A stretch of 64,000 bases of DNA from a virus: the IMG/VR virus record IMGVR_UViG_3300024518_000876, positions 26,955 through 90,954 of that record; one strand, 5' to 3'. Of the stretch, positions 44,910-54,294 are shown piece by piece (the stretch's first letter is position 1; every line of letters starts with the position of its first letter). The position numbers were made by a program, and so were the translations under genes. Under the pieces are notes generated by a model. It saw nothing but the letters and a program-made list of their open reading frames with translations. It did no database searches and was not told the origin of the DNA.

Positions 44910-45337
44910 TGATATACACTTTAAATAATATAAGAAGGGAATGTAAAAAACAGTACCCTCTATTAGATAGGCAGATTTTTGAACCTGAAAATAAATGGGA
45001 TACATATATAATAGAAAAAGCTTTAACTTTTAAATTATCTAATGGGGATTTACTAGCAATAGAAAAAGGATTTATATGGGATAAAAGCTCTGTACCAAAA
45101 TTATTGCATTGGTTATTTGCCCCTACTGGTAAATTTGAAATAGCTGCACTTATACACGATAAAATATATAAAGATTTAAAAGAAAAGTATTCTAGAGAGT
45201 TTGCAGATAAAGAAATGTACAAATGGTCAAAAGCCTTACAAGGAACTAGAAAAGCTAGTTTTAGAAACTTTGATAACAAATTTAGATATAAGGGTGTTAG
45301 AGTTGTTGGATGGTTAGCTTGGCAAGATATAATATAA
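44909..45337 (+). CDS. DUF1353-like protein
   Basis: GFIWDKSSVPKLL...AALIHDKIY...ADKEM pattern. Confidence 0.7.
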   Translation: MIYTLNNIRRECKKQYPLLDRQIFEPENKWDTYIIEKALTFKLSNGDLLAIEKGFIWDKSSVPKLLHWLFAPTGKFEIAALIHDKIYKDLKEKYSREFADKEMYKWSKALQGTRKASFRNFDNKFRYKGVRVVGWLAWQDII

Positions 45338-45338
45338 T

Positions 45339-45782
45339 ATGGAATTAAAAGTAATAAGATATAATAAGGAAGCAGACTACACAGATGGTCTGCTTTTTAT
45401 AGATAATAAATTTGAATGCTTTACACTAGAAGATGAAGCTAGAGAAATAAAAGTTAAAGGAGAAACTTGTATTCCAGATGGAACGTACAAAGTTACTTTA
45501 AGAACTGAAGGAGGATTTAATAATAGATATACTTCTAAATTTGGAGCAGACTTTCACAAAGGAATGCTATGGGTTAGAGATGTACCAAATTTTGAATACA
45601 TACTAATACACATAGGTAACACAGATAAAGATACTGCAGGGTGTTTATTAGTAGGTTCAACTGCAGACAAAGACAAAGGATTCATAGGAGCATCTACAGG
45701 TGCATATAAAACTATGTATAAAAAAGTATTGAAAGCTTTAGAAAACAAAGAAGAAGTTAAAATAACTTATACAACATTATAA
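45339..45782 (+). CDS. DUF5675-family protein (putative lysis enzyme)
   Basis: FECFTLED, CIPDGTYKV, VPNFEYILIHIGN and DTAGCLLVG. Confidence 0.8.
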   Translation: MELKVIRYNKEADYTDGLLFIDNKFECFTLEDEAREIKVKGETCIPDGTYKVTLRTEGGFNNRYTSKFGADFHKGMLWVRDVPNFEYILIHIGNTDKDTAGCLLVGSTADKDKGFIGASTGAYKTMYKKVLKALENKEEVKITYTTL

Positions 45783-46255
45783 TGGGAGATAAAAAGAAAA
45801 CTTATAAAGAATTAAATGGTACTACACGTGTAGGTGATTTTTTACGTTCAATAAATAAGTCGGATGTATTAGGAAAAATAGTAGGAGTAGCAGGTGAATT
45901 AGCTACAGGCGATTTAATGGGAGCTATTGGAGCTTTAACTAAATCTAAAGAACTAACACCTGAAGATAAAGAACACGCTTTAAAACTGCTAGAAATGGAT
46001 ATACAAGAGTCTAAAGACATTACTAAACGGTGGGAAAGTGACATGCACTCTGACAGTTGGTTAAGTAAAAATGTAAGACCTTTAGCTATTTGTTTCTTAA
46101 CAGTTGTAACTATGATATTTGTAGCATTAGATAGTTCTACTAATTTTGAAGTTGATGAAGTATGGGTAGACTTACTTAAAACTCTTTTAGTTACTACATA
46201 TTTAGCTTACTTTGGAAGTAGAGGAGTAGAAAAGTATAAAAAAATATCTAAGTAA
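45782..46255 (+). CDS. Holin-like protein (3TM holin family)
   Basis: RWESDMHSDSWLSKNVRPL followed by two TM segments and YFGSRG. Confidence 0.75.
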   Translation: MGDKKKTYKELNGTTRVGDFLRSINKSDVLGKIVGVAGELATGDLMGAIGALTKSKELTPEDKEHALKLLEMDIQESKDITKRWESDMHSDSWLSKNVRPLAICFLTVVTMIFVALDSSTNFEVDEVWVDLLKTLLVTTYLAYFGSRGVEKYKKISK

Positions 46256-46287
46256 TTTGGAATTTAAGTAAAAATGTTGTATCTTTG
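46256..46287 (+). promoter_or_regulatory. Bacteroidota primary-sigma promoter
   Basis: TTTG-N20-TATCTTTG before the ATG at 46307. Confidence 0.8.
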
Positions 46288-46306
46288 TATAAATTTAAAA
46301 AAACAT

Positions 46307-47236
46307 ATGAATAAAACAGAGATAAAAAGATTTTTACATACAAAGAAAGGATATTTAAAAGAAGGACATAAAAGACTTCATAAGGTATTATCTAAAAAAG
46401 GATACGCAGTTGGTTTAGCTGATTGTAAACAAGCGTTAAAAGAGGCTAGAAAAGAAGATAAGATAGGTGTAGTTGAAACAGGTAAACCTGCTAGAGTACT
46501 AATATATGATATAGAGACATCTTACAACATTGGAAAGTTTTGGAGAGCTGGTTATAATATGACTATACAACCAGGGGATATTATACATGAAAGAGCTATT
46601 ATATGTATATCATATAAATGGACTGATGAAACTCAAGTTTATAATTTAGTATGGGATGAAAATCAATGTGATAAGTTTCTCTTAGAACAATTTATTCCTG
46701 TATTAAATGAAGCTGACATGATAGTAGCACACAATGGAGATAGATATGATTTAAAATTCATTAAGACTAGAGCTTTAAAACATAGATTACAAATGCTAGT
46801 TAACTATAAACAGTTTGACACTCTTAAAGTAGCTAAAGCTAAGTTCATGTTTAATTCTAATAAATTAGATTATATTAGTAAGTTTTTAGGAGCTGAAGGA
46901 AAGATTAGGACTGAAATGAAACTATGGGATGATATTATCCTTAGAAAATGTCCTAAAGCTTTAGATAAAATGTTAGAGTACTGTGATGAAGATGTAAGAC
47001 AACTAGAAGTTGTGTATGACGCATTAGTTTCATGGGATAATCCAAGATTCCATTTAGGAGTAATGAATGGAGGACCTAAAGACACTTCTCCAATAACAGG
47101 AGGTAAGAACCTTGAATTAGTTAAAACAATAACTACTAATAGAGGAGGACTTAAAAGAATTATGCGAGATCTAACATGTGACAGATTATTTGAAATGTCA
47201 GAAAGTAATTACAAAAAATACTTAATAAAAAAATAA
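46307..47236 (+). CDS. DnaQ/RNase H-like (DEDD) 3'-5' exonuclease
   Basis: YDIET, HNGDRYDLKFI, KLDYISKFLG and YCDEDV. Confidence 0.85.
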   Translation: MNKTEIKRFLHTKKGYLKEGHKRLHKVLSKKGYAVGLADCKQALKEARKEDKIGVVETGKPARVLIYDIETSYNIGKFWRAGYNMTIQPGDIIHERAIICISYKWTDETQVYNLVWDENQCDKFLLEQFIPVLNEADMIVAHNGDRYDLKFIKTRALKHRLQMLVNYKQFDTLKVAKAKFMFNSNKLDYISKFLGAEGKIRTEMKLWDDIILRKCPKALDKMLEYCDEDVRQLEVVYDALVSWDNPRFHLGVMNGGPKDTSPITGGKNLELVKTITTNRGGLKRIMRDLTCDRLFEMSESNYKKYLIKK

Positions 47237-47250
47237 TAACTATGAATATA

Positions 47251-47291
47251 CCCTGCTTGCCTCTACATTATGCACACTAGCAGGGTTTTTT
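47251..47291 (+). terminator. Intrinsic terminator after the exonuclease gene
   Basis: CCCTGCT...AGCAGGG then TTTTTT. Confidence 0.7.
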
Positions 47292-47310
47292 CTGTTTACA
47301 CAATAAATAA

Positions 47311-47994
47311 ATGAAACTTAACAAATTAATTTACGACGTAAGAGAAGCTACTAAAGAATATATGGATGATACAGAAGTATCTAATAGATATATAGCCTAC
47401 CTCTTAAATATTAAAAGATCTAAGTATCTTAGACAAGAGCTTAATAACATGCAACGTACTACAGATAGTACAACTATACAGACACTTACAGTTAAGTTAG
47501 AAGAAGTAGACAGTTCAGATTGTGGGTTACAAGGAGTATGTGAAAAGATTATGAGAAGTTGTAAAAAACTACCAGACCCTTTAGCTTTACATACTAAAAA
47601 TGGTATTACTAGAGTAGCTTCTTTAAATAAGATGTCTAAACCATTTAATTTTGTAACTAGAGAAAAAGTAATCTATGCCCAAGACGCTCCATTTCCTAAC
47701 TCTATTTATACATTTCTACATGATGATGGTTACTTATACGTAACAAGTCAAAACAACGCTATAAACCTCTTAGAATGTATTTCTGTTACAGGTGTATGGG
47801 AAGACCCTACGGATTTAAGTAGATTCTCTGTATGTTGTTCTTGTGAAGAAAACAATTCTGCTTGTTATAATGAAGACTCTGAATACCCAATACAACCTCA
47901 TTTAATAGATGGTATTCGTAGAGAAGTTATAGCAGAAATATTACAAATGAAACAAATACCAGAAGATAAAGAAAATAATGGAGAAGATCAGTAG
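47311..47994 (+). CDS. Tail ring protein
   Basis: LIYDVRE, VTGVWEDP and YPIQPHL segments like crAss ring proteins (recalled). Confidence 0.6.
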   Translation: MKLNKLIYDVREATKEYMDDTEVSNRYIAYLLNIKRSKYLRQELNNMQRTTDSTTIQTLTVKLEEVDSSDCGLQGVCEKIMRSCKKLPDPLALHTKNGITRVASLNKMSKPFNFVTREKVIYAQDAPFPNSIYTFLHDDGYLYVTSQNNAINLLECISVTGVWEDPTDLSRFSVCCSCEENNSACYNEDSEYPIQPHLIDGIRREVIAEILQMKQIPEDKENNGEDQ

Positions 47995-48499
47995 AGGGGC
48001 TAAAAAAATACAAGGACATTATGGTATGAAAGATTACTATAAACATTATAAAAAAACAACAGAGAAACCTGTTAATGCAATTAAATACAATAAAGTAATA
48101 AGTCTTTTTAATAAAGAACTAGTAGAGTTGATGTTAAATGAAAATGTAGAGTATAACCTGCCTTCACTAGGACTAAACTTAAGTATTAGGAAAGATAAAA
48201 GAGTACCTAAAATAGTTAATGGTAAATTGGTTAATAACTCCCCAGTTGATTGGGTAACTACTAAACAGCTTTGGGATAGAAATGAAGAAGCTAAAAATAA
48301 TAAAGTCTTAGTAAGATATTTAAATAATCATACTTCCGGGTACGTATTTAGAATATATCTTAAAAAATTTGGGGCTAAACTTAAAAATAGAACAGTTTAT
48401 AAATATAAACCTGCTAGAAGTTTTCAAAGAGCATTAGGAGCAAGAATAAAGGATTTAACAAAAGATAAGTTTGAAAGCTTTCTTTTATATAATAAATAA
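47978..48499 (+). CDS. HU/IHF-like protein
   Basis: Basic; YNLPSLGLNLSI...VDWVTT...NNHTSGYVF; position between ring and tubular genes as in crAss-like phages. Confidence 0.55.
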   Translation: MEKISRGAKKIQGHYGMKDYYKHYKKTTEKPVNAIKYNKVISLFNKELVELMLNENVEYNLPSLGLNLSIRKDKRVPKIVNGKLVNNSPVDWVTTKQLWDRNEEAKNNKVLVRYLNNHTSGYVFRIYLKKFGAKLKNRTVYKYKPARSFQRALGARIKDLTKDKFESFLLYNK

Positions 48500-48505
48500 T
48501 ATAAT

Positions 48506-49255
48506 ATGTATAACGGTAAAACCATAAGTCTAGGTGCAATCATCTGGAAAGTATTTAAAAATAAATTAATAACTGACTTATCATATGATGATGCAGCAGA
48601 ATACGCATTAGAGTTTATAAGATTAGTAGGTGCCCCATTAGCTTTTGTTAATGAAGTAGAGACAATTAAAGTAGCAAATTATAAAGCAGCTTTACCTACT
48701 AATTTAATAACTATTAGAGGTATTAAAATGTTAGAAGACAGTAATAGAGAAAGTGAGTATATAGATGGAAATTTTAATGGGCAAGTTGCATTAAGATACG
48801 CAACAGATATATATCATCAAGGACTAGCATGTGAAAATAAGGAAAATGAAAATTATGCATCAGAGTATACTTATGAGGTACAAAAAGGAATAATCTTTAC
48901 TTCATTTGAAAATGGAACAGTACAAATTTCTTATAAAGGTATAGGGGTAGACTCAGAAGGATATCCTTTAATTCCTGACAACGAAAAGTTTACTATGGGA
49001 CTAGAATACTACATTTCTCATAGGTATTTAGAAGGGTTATGGGCTATGGGTAAAATAAGTGATAAAGTATTTAATTACTACGAGCAAAAAAGACATTGGT
49101 ACTTAGGAGCAGCTAATTCTTCTATGCAAATGCAAAATATAGATCAATTAGAGTCCACTATGAATGGGTTAAATAGAATAGTCCGTAGAGACAATGCACA
49201 TGAAACCTTTTTTAGAGATTGGGGTAGAAAAGAAAAAATTAAAAAATATCACTAA
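48506..49255 (+). CDS. Tail tubular / ring protein
   Basis: YKAALPTNL, IFTSFENGTVQISYKGI and GYPLIPDN. Confidence 0.65.
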   Translation: MYNGKTISLGAIIWKVFKNKLITDLSYDDAAEYALEFIRLVGAPLAFVNEVETIKVANYKAALPTNLITIRGIKMLEDSNRESEYIDGNFNGQVALRYATDIYHQGLACENKENENYASEYTYEVQKGIIFTSFENGTVQISYKGIGVDSEGYPLIPDNEKFTMGLEYYISHRYLEGLWAMGKISDKVFNYYEQKRHWYLGAANSSMQMQNIDQLESTMNGLNRIVRRDNAHETFFRDWGRKEKIKKYH

Positions 49256-52200
49256 TGGTAAAAAAAGTACAATATACATATAAAGGATTGAATCAGGATG
49301 TTACTAAAAGTAAGCATCCTTTTCAGTTTTATTATAATGCTAAAAATATTAGAATTGTAACTACTGATACACAGTCTACAGGATCTGTTTCTAATGAAAA
49401 AGGACAAGAACAAATAATAGATTTACCTACTCTTTGTATTGACGTAGTTAACAAAGTAATCAATTATGGAGGTAAGTCTCTTCCTTTTGATAATCAAGAA
49501 ATTATAGATCAAATTAATGATGTACCTAGTCCAGGATGTGAAGATTCTTCTGTTCTACCAGTTTGTTCTGAAGATCAACTTATTTTAGGATACGCATTAA
49601 CTAGAAATAGTATTGTGTTATTTTCTACAGATACAAAAGGATTTGATTGTATCTGGGAAGTTAAAGAAATATTAAATGATAACTACGACTTAGAATTGTT
49701 GTATTGTAGGAATTTAGGGTTTTCTATTAATAACCCAATTCAAGCGTTATTTAATTATGAAAATGAGGTAATACAAAAAGTTTATTGGGTAGATGGAAAG
49801 AATCAGTTGAGGTTTTTAAATATTCGTCAAAGTATTGAAAATGGAGATTTAGAGAACTTAATTGACTTACGTTCTTCTACTATTAATATTACAGGTGATT
49901 ATGCATTAAGCCAACCTACAATCTTTCAAATTACTCAAGGTGGCGGACATACAGCAGGTATGATTCAATATGCTTATAACTTATATAAACTAAATGGCTC
50001 ACAAACCACCATTTCCCCTGTAAGTGAAATAGTTCCATTAGATTTTGGTACTCCTGGAGGTGGAGAAGTTAATGAAATAGTAGGTGCAGCTCCTACCGTT
50101 AAAATAACTAATATAGATGAAAACTATACTAATATTAGAATTTATGCAATTAAATATACTGCTTTAAATGAAGTACCTTCAATAGGTTTAATCTACGATC
50201 AAGAAATAGATAATTATGAAGAAGTTTTATATTTTGACAACGCATCAGTTATAAATACTATTTCTCTTGAAGAGTTTTTATTTCTAGGAAGCAATGTGTT
50301 TATTCCTCAACATATACAAACTAAAGATAGTAGATTATTTGCAGCTAATTTAACTGATAAAGCATTTGATTTAGAAATAGATTGCAGGTCGTATTCTTTT
50401 AACAGTTCAGGACAATCTACAGTAAGAGATGCAGATGGTGCGCTTTTTCCAATTGAACCATTAAATAATTATAACTTACCCCCAAAAAATGCAGCTATAA
50501 ATGACAACTACAATGTGTTTATCTACCAATCTGATGGTAGTACATTAGGAGGAGAAGGTAGATATATAAAATATGAAATATTACAGAAAGCGGTAGCTCA
50601 ATGTAAAGATGGAGAAAAAAATACAAGAGTATTTAAAGATAGAGAGATTTACAGGATAGGGATAGAATTTTATAATGGACTAGGGCAAAAAACAGCTGTA
50701 AAATGGATGGCAGATTTAAAAGCTCCTACAGGTAATTTAGAAGATAGATTAAATACTTTAAATGTAACTTTAAAACCTGAGTTTTTTACCTATATAAATT
50801 CATTATGTTTAAATGATGAAAGTAAACCTGTAGGTTATAAAGTAGTTAGAGCAGACAGAGAAGCAAATGATAGAACGATTCTTTGTCAAGGGGCTATGAC
50901 TTCTATGATATGTCAAACTGTAGATGATCCTTCAAATTTTAATAAATGGAAAAATATTGAAAATAGAAGAGAAGAGTCCAAAAAAGTTGTAAAGAAGCCA
51001 ATTATTACATCTAGAGATCTAAATAATAGTGGTATTCTTTCAGAGATGAATCACTTACTGCATATGAATGAAAATCCTAATGTGTCAGATGACAGTCAAG
51101 AGATATTTAGAGAAAGTGCTACAGATTTTAAAAGACAGCAAACTTGGCAATTTAATCAAATGTTTCAACTATATAGTCCTGAAGTTTTATTCTCTACTGG
51201 ACTTACTTTTACACCTGGATTAAAATTTAGAGTAAATGGAATTGCTAATAAGTCTCAGATTAATCTATGGACTAAAGGAATTTTAACTAGAGATGAGTCA
51301 GTTTATAGGGAAGAAAAGTTTCCAAATAGAATTCAGTTTAGTAGAGGGGATGGATTAGGACAGTATGGTTGGATTGGTCCAGGTAGGGATGAAGATGGTC
51401 CTACAAGAATGAATTTTAAACAACTGTATCACCAATGTGAAACTTTTACACCTGCATCTAGCTCTATAGGATACTCTATATATGGAAGCCCTGAAATCAC
51501 TGAAAGAGGACAAGGAATAACTAATTATTTTAATGACACAGAGTATCAATATAGTAATAGTTTAGAATCTTTTCTTACAGATGCTAAAAAATGGACAGGA
51601 GATAGTGATAAAAATGAACCCCCTATAGAGACAATTAATAGTTGGGGAGCCAAATGTTTAACTATAGTAGAAGGATCTGATACAGATGCTTTTGAAGATA
51701 GACAAACTTTAGAAAAAATATGGAATGATTCCCAAACAGGTGTACTAAGAGGACTTGTAATTGCAGAAGTAACTTACCCAGATGATTATGTTTACAATAG
51801 TAATATATATGGTGGAAATAGTTTTGAAGCTAAAAGTAGAACTAATTACATACAAATTGGAGAGTACCAAACTTTAGACAACCCTACTGTACAAATAGAC
51901 TCTCCTGGAGATACTTACGTTCAAATATTTAGAGTAGCTAGATTAGCTAAAACTGATACTAAAGTTATTTCTGATAGGGCATACCAATTGACTGATACAC
52001 TATCATTTAAAGTAGAAACAACTGTTAATTTATTAAACAGACAAGATTTATCTTTAAAATCATGGGAAACTAAAAATCAATATAGATATGATGAATATCA
52101 TAAATATAATAATATATACTCTCAACAGTCTACTTTAATTCAGAATCAAGCATTAGATTTTAAATTTAAAAAAGTAGATGCGTTTGATACAAGAGTAATA

Positions 52201-53238
52201 GCTTCTAAAAGTAAGATACCAGGTGAAGTTATAGATAGTTTCACTGATTTTCTAGATAATGAAATAATAGATCTAGATGGTAAATATGGAGCTATTAATA
52301 ATATAGTAAACTTTAAAGATGAGTTGTTTGCTATGCAAGATACTGGAATATCTAAATTAATAATTAATCCTAGAGTTCAAGTTCAAGGAAATGATGGATT
52401 ATCTCTAGAACTAGGTAGAGGAGCAGTACTGTATGATTATCAATACTTAACTACAACTTCAGGTACTTTAAATAAATGGGCAGTAGTAGTTTCACCAACA
52501 GGTTTTTATTACTTAGATTTAATAAATAAAACTTGGAATAAATCAAATGGTGGAAGTATATTAGAATTAAGTGATACAGCAGGTTTACATGCTTTTTTTA
52601 ATAATAATTTAAATTTTAATGAATTAAGTATTAATAACCCATTGTTAAAAACTGGCGCATCTGCTGGATATGATTTACTTAATAATACAGCATACTTAAC
52701 TTTGTTACAAAAAGATAATAATCAAACTATAAACTTTAATGAGATGTCAAACTCTTTTGAAAGTTTCCATGATTATCATCCTAGTATATATATGAATAAA
52801 GGACATAAGTTATATTCTACTGCACCTAACTTAAATGAGGTATGGGAGCATGACAAAGGTCCGTATCAAACATTTTATGGGGAATACTTCCCTAGTTTTA
52901 TTACTTTACAAGTTAATCCAGAATCTAACTTAGATTGTGTGTTTAATAATATAGAGTATAAATCTGAAATGTACTTAGATGATGTAGATCAACCTGAAGC
53001 TACTTTAAGTCATATTACAGCTTGGAATGAGTACCAGAGGACAAATAGACTTCCATTAGTATTGGGTCGTAATAAGAACCTTAGAAGAAAGTTTAGAAAC
53101 TGGCAAGCTCAAATTCCTAGACAAGCAGGTTCAAGAGATAGAATTAGGAATCCTTGGATATTTTTGAAACTGGAATTAGATAGGAAAGATAATTTAAAAA
53201 TGATATTACATGATATAATTATACATTATAGTATATAG
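49255..53238 (+). CDS. Tail stabilisation / muzzle protein (P22 gp10-like)
   Basis: 1327 aa, beta-propeller-like; KGLNQD start, DLDGKYGAINNI and RIRNPWIFLKL end. Confidence 0.75.
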   Translation: MVKKVQYTYKGLNQDVTKSKHPFQFYYNAKNIRIVTTDTQSTGSVSNEKGQEQIIDLPTLCIDVVNKVINYGGKSLPFDNQEIIDQINDVPSPGCEDSSVLPVCSEDQLILGYALTRNSIVLFSTDTKGFDCIWEVKEILNDNYDLELLYCRNLGFSINNPIQALFNYENEVIQKVYWVDGKNQLRFLNIRQSIENGDLENLIDLRSSTINITGDYALSQPTIFQITQGGGHTAGMIQYAYNLYKLNGSQTTISPVSEIVPLDFGTPGGGEVNEIVGAAPTVKITNIDENYTNIRIYAIKYTALNEVPSIGLIYDQEIDNYEEVLYFDNASVINTISLEEFLFLGSNVFIPQHIQTKDSRLFAANLTDKAFDLEIDCRSYSFNSSGQSTVRDADGALFPIEPLNNYNLPPKNAAINDNYNVFIYQSDGSTLGGEGRYIKYEILQKAVAQCKDGEKNTRVFKDREIYRIGIEFYNGLGQKTAVKWMADLKAPTGNLEDRLNTLNVTLKPEFFTYINSLCLNDESKPVGYKVVRADREANDRTILCQGAMTSMICQTVDDPSNFNKWKNIENRREESKKVVKKPIITSRDLNNSGILSEMNHLLHMNENPNVSDDSQEIFRESATDFKRQQTWQFNQMFQLYSPEVLFSTGLTFTPGLKFRVNGIANKSQINLWTKGILTRDESVYREEKFPNRIQFSRGDGLGQYGWIGPGRDEDGPTRMNFKQLYHQCETFTPASSSIGYSIYGSPEITERGQGITNYFNDTEYQYSNSLESFLTDAKKWTGDSDKNEPPIETINSWGAKCLTIVEGSDTDAFEDRQTLEKIWNDSQTGVLRGLVIAEVTYPDDYVYNSNIYGGNSFEAKSRTNYIQIGEYQTLDNPTVQIDSPGDTYVQIFRVARLAKTDTKVISDRAYQLTDTLSFKVETTVNLLNRQDLSLKSWETKNQYRYDEYHKYNNIYSQQSTLIQNQALDFKFKKVDAFDTRVIASKSKIPGEVIDSFTDFLDNEIIDLDGKYGAINNIVNFKDELFAMQDTGISKLIINPRVQVQGNDGLSLELGRGAVLYDYQYLTTTSGTLNKWAVVVSPTGFYYLDLINKTWNKSNGGSILELSDTAGLHAFFNNNLNFNELSINNPLLKTGASAGYDLLNNTAYLTLLQKDNNQTINFNEMSNSFESFHDYHPSIYMNKGHKLYSTAPNLNEVWEHDKGPYQTFYGEYFPSFITLQVNPESNLDCVFNNIEYKSEMYLDDVDQPEATLSHITAWNEYQRTNRLPLVLGRNKNLRRKFRNWQAQIPRQAGSRDRIRNPWIFLKLELDRKDNLKMILHDIIIHYSI

Positions 53239-53285
53239 TAATTATAAACTATAACTTTATTAATTATAAAATATGTAAGCTTATA

Positions 53286-53317
53286 TTTGGTATATTAAGC
53301 AAAATACCTTATATTTG
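53286..53317 (+). promoter_or_regulatory. Bacteroidota primary-sigma promoter for the cargo/RNAP operon
   Basis: TTTG-N20-TATATTTG before the ATG at 53339. Confidence 0.8.
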
Positions 53318-53338
53318 TAAAATTATAATAAATTTTAA

Positions 53339-54292
53339 ATGGAATTAGACAAATTAATAAATATGCTTATTAAGGAAAAAGGTGGTACTAGAAGACAGTA
53401 TCACCTTTTAATGGATAAGATAAGTAACCATGAATCTAAAGGTAAAATAGATGTAGCACAAATAGGGGGAGGACCAGGTAGAGGACTCTTTCAATTTGAA
53501 ATAGGTAATAATAAAGGAGCTAAAACAGCTGCAAATAGACTAACAACATATCTTAAAGCTAAAAGTAAACCTATACCTACATGGTTATCTGACATAAATA
53601 AAAATAAATCTGTAGATGCTTCAAAATTAAATGCAGCTCAACAAAAAATGTTATTTTTAGGAAATATGAGAGAGCACCCTAAAGCTAACTTTAGCAAAGT
53701 ATGGGATGGAAAAGAATCTGTTACAGACTTTTGGCAAAAGTATCATTGGGCAGGAGATAAAAAAGATAAAATTAAGAGAAGAAATAGTTTTGAGAATAGC
53801 TTGAAAGAGTTTAAAGAACCTACTTATGATTTTGAAAACGTAGCTCCTCCAGTACCATATTGGAAAAAATTTCTTCCTGAACAAAGCCCATTACCTCAAC
53901 CTGTTGCAGAAGTACCTAGTACTGCTCCAAACAATCAAGGGTACGGTTTAAACTTAGATCAATTTGATTTAGGAGCTAATAGAATGGTAAATCAAACACC
54001 AGAGCAAAGTGAAGACCCTAATCAGTTAACTAACAAAAGGTTATCTGCAGAAGAAATGGGTTTTATGCAAAATAGTAATGTAGCTGCAATGGGTGGTTAC
54101 ACAGAAGGAGGAGAGTCTGAAGATGGTAAGTTTAATAGCTTTAACAACGGAGGAACACACGAAGCAAATCCTCATGGAGGTATACCTTTAGGAACAGGTA
54201 GTAATGGTAAAATGAATACAGTAGAAGAAGGTGAAACATCCTTTGAATTTAAAGAAGGTAAGTTTATCTTTTCAAACAGAATAAAAATATAA
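53339..54292 (+). CDS. Virion cargo protein with N-terminal lysozyme/transglycosylase-like domain
   Basis: ISNHESKG...GRGLFQF (catalytic E plus GLxQ motif); C-terminal GGTHEANPHGGIPLG...VEEGE motif of crAss cargo proteins (recalled). Confidence 0.6.
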   Translation: MELDKLINMLIKEKGGTRRQYHLLMDKISNHESKGKIDVAQIGGGPGRGLFQFEIGNNKGAKTAANRLTTYLKAKSKPIPTWLSDINKNKSVDASKLNAAQQKMLFLGNMREHPKANFSKVWDGKESVTDFWQKYHWAGDKKDKIKRRNSFENSLKEFKEPTYDFENVAPPVPYWKKFLPEQSPLPQPVAEVPSTAPNNQGYGLNLDQFDLGANRMVNQTPEQSEDPNQLTNKRLSAEEMGFMQNSNVAAMGGYTEGGESEDGKFNSFNNGGTHEANPHGGIPLGTGSNGKMNTVEEGETSFEFKEGKFIFSNRIKI

Positions 54293-54294
54293 CA

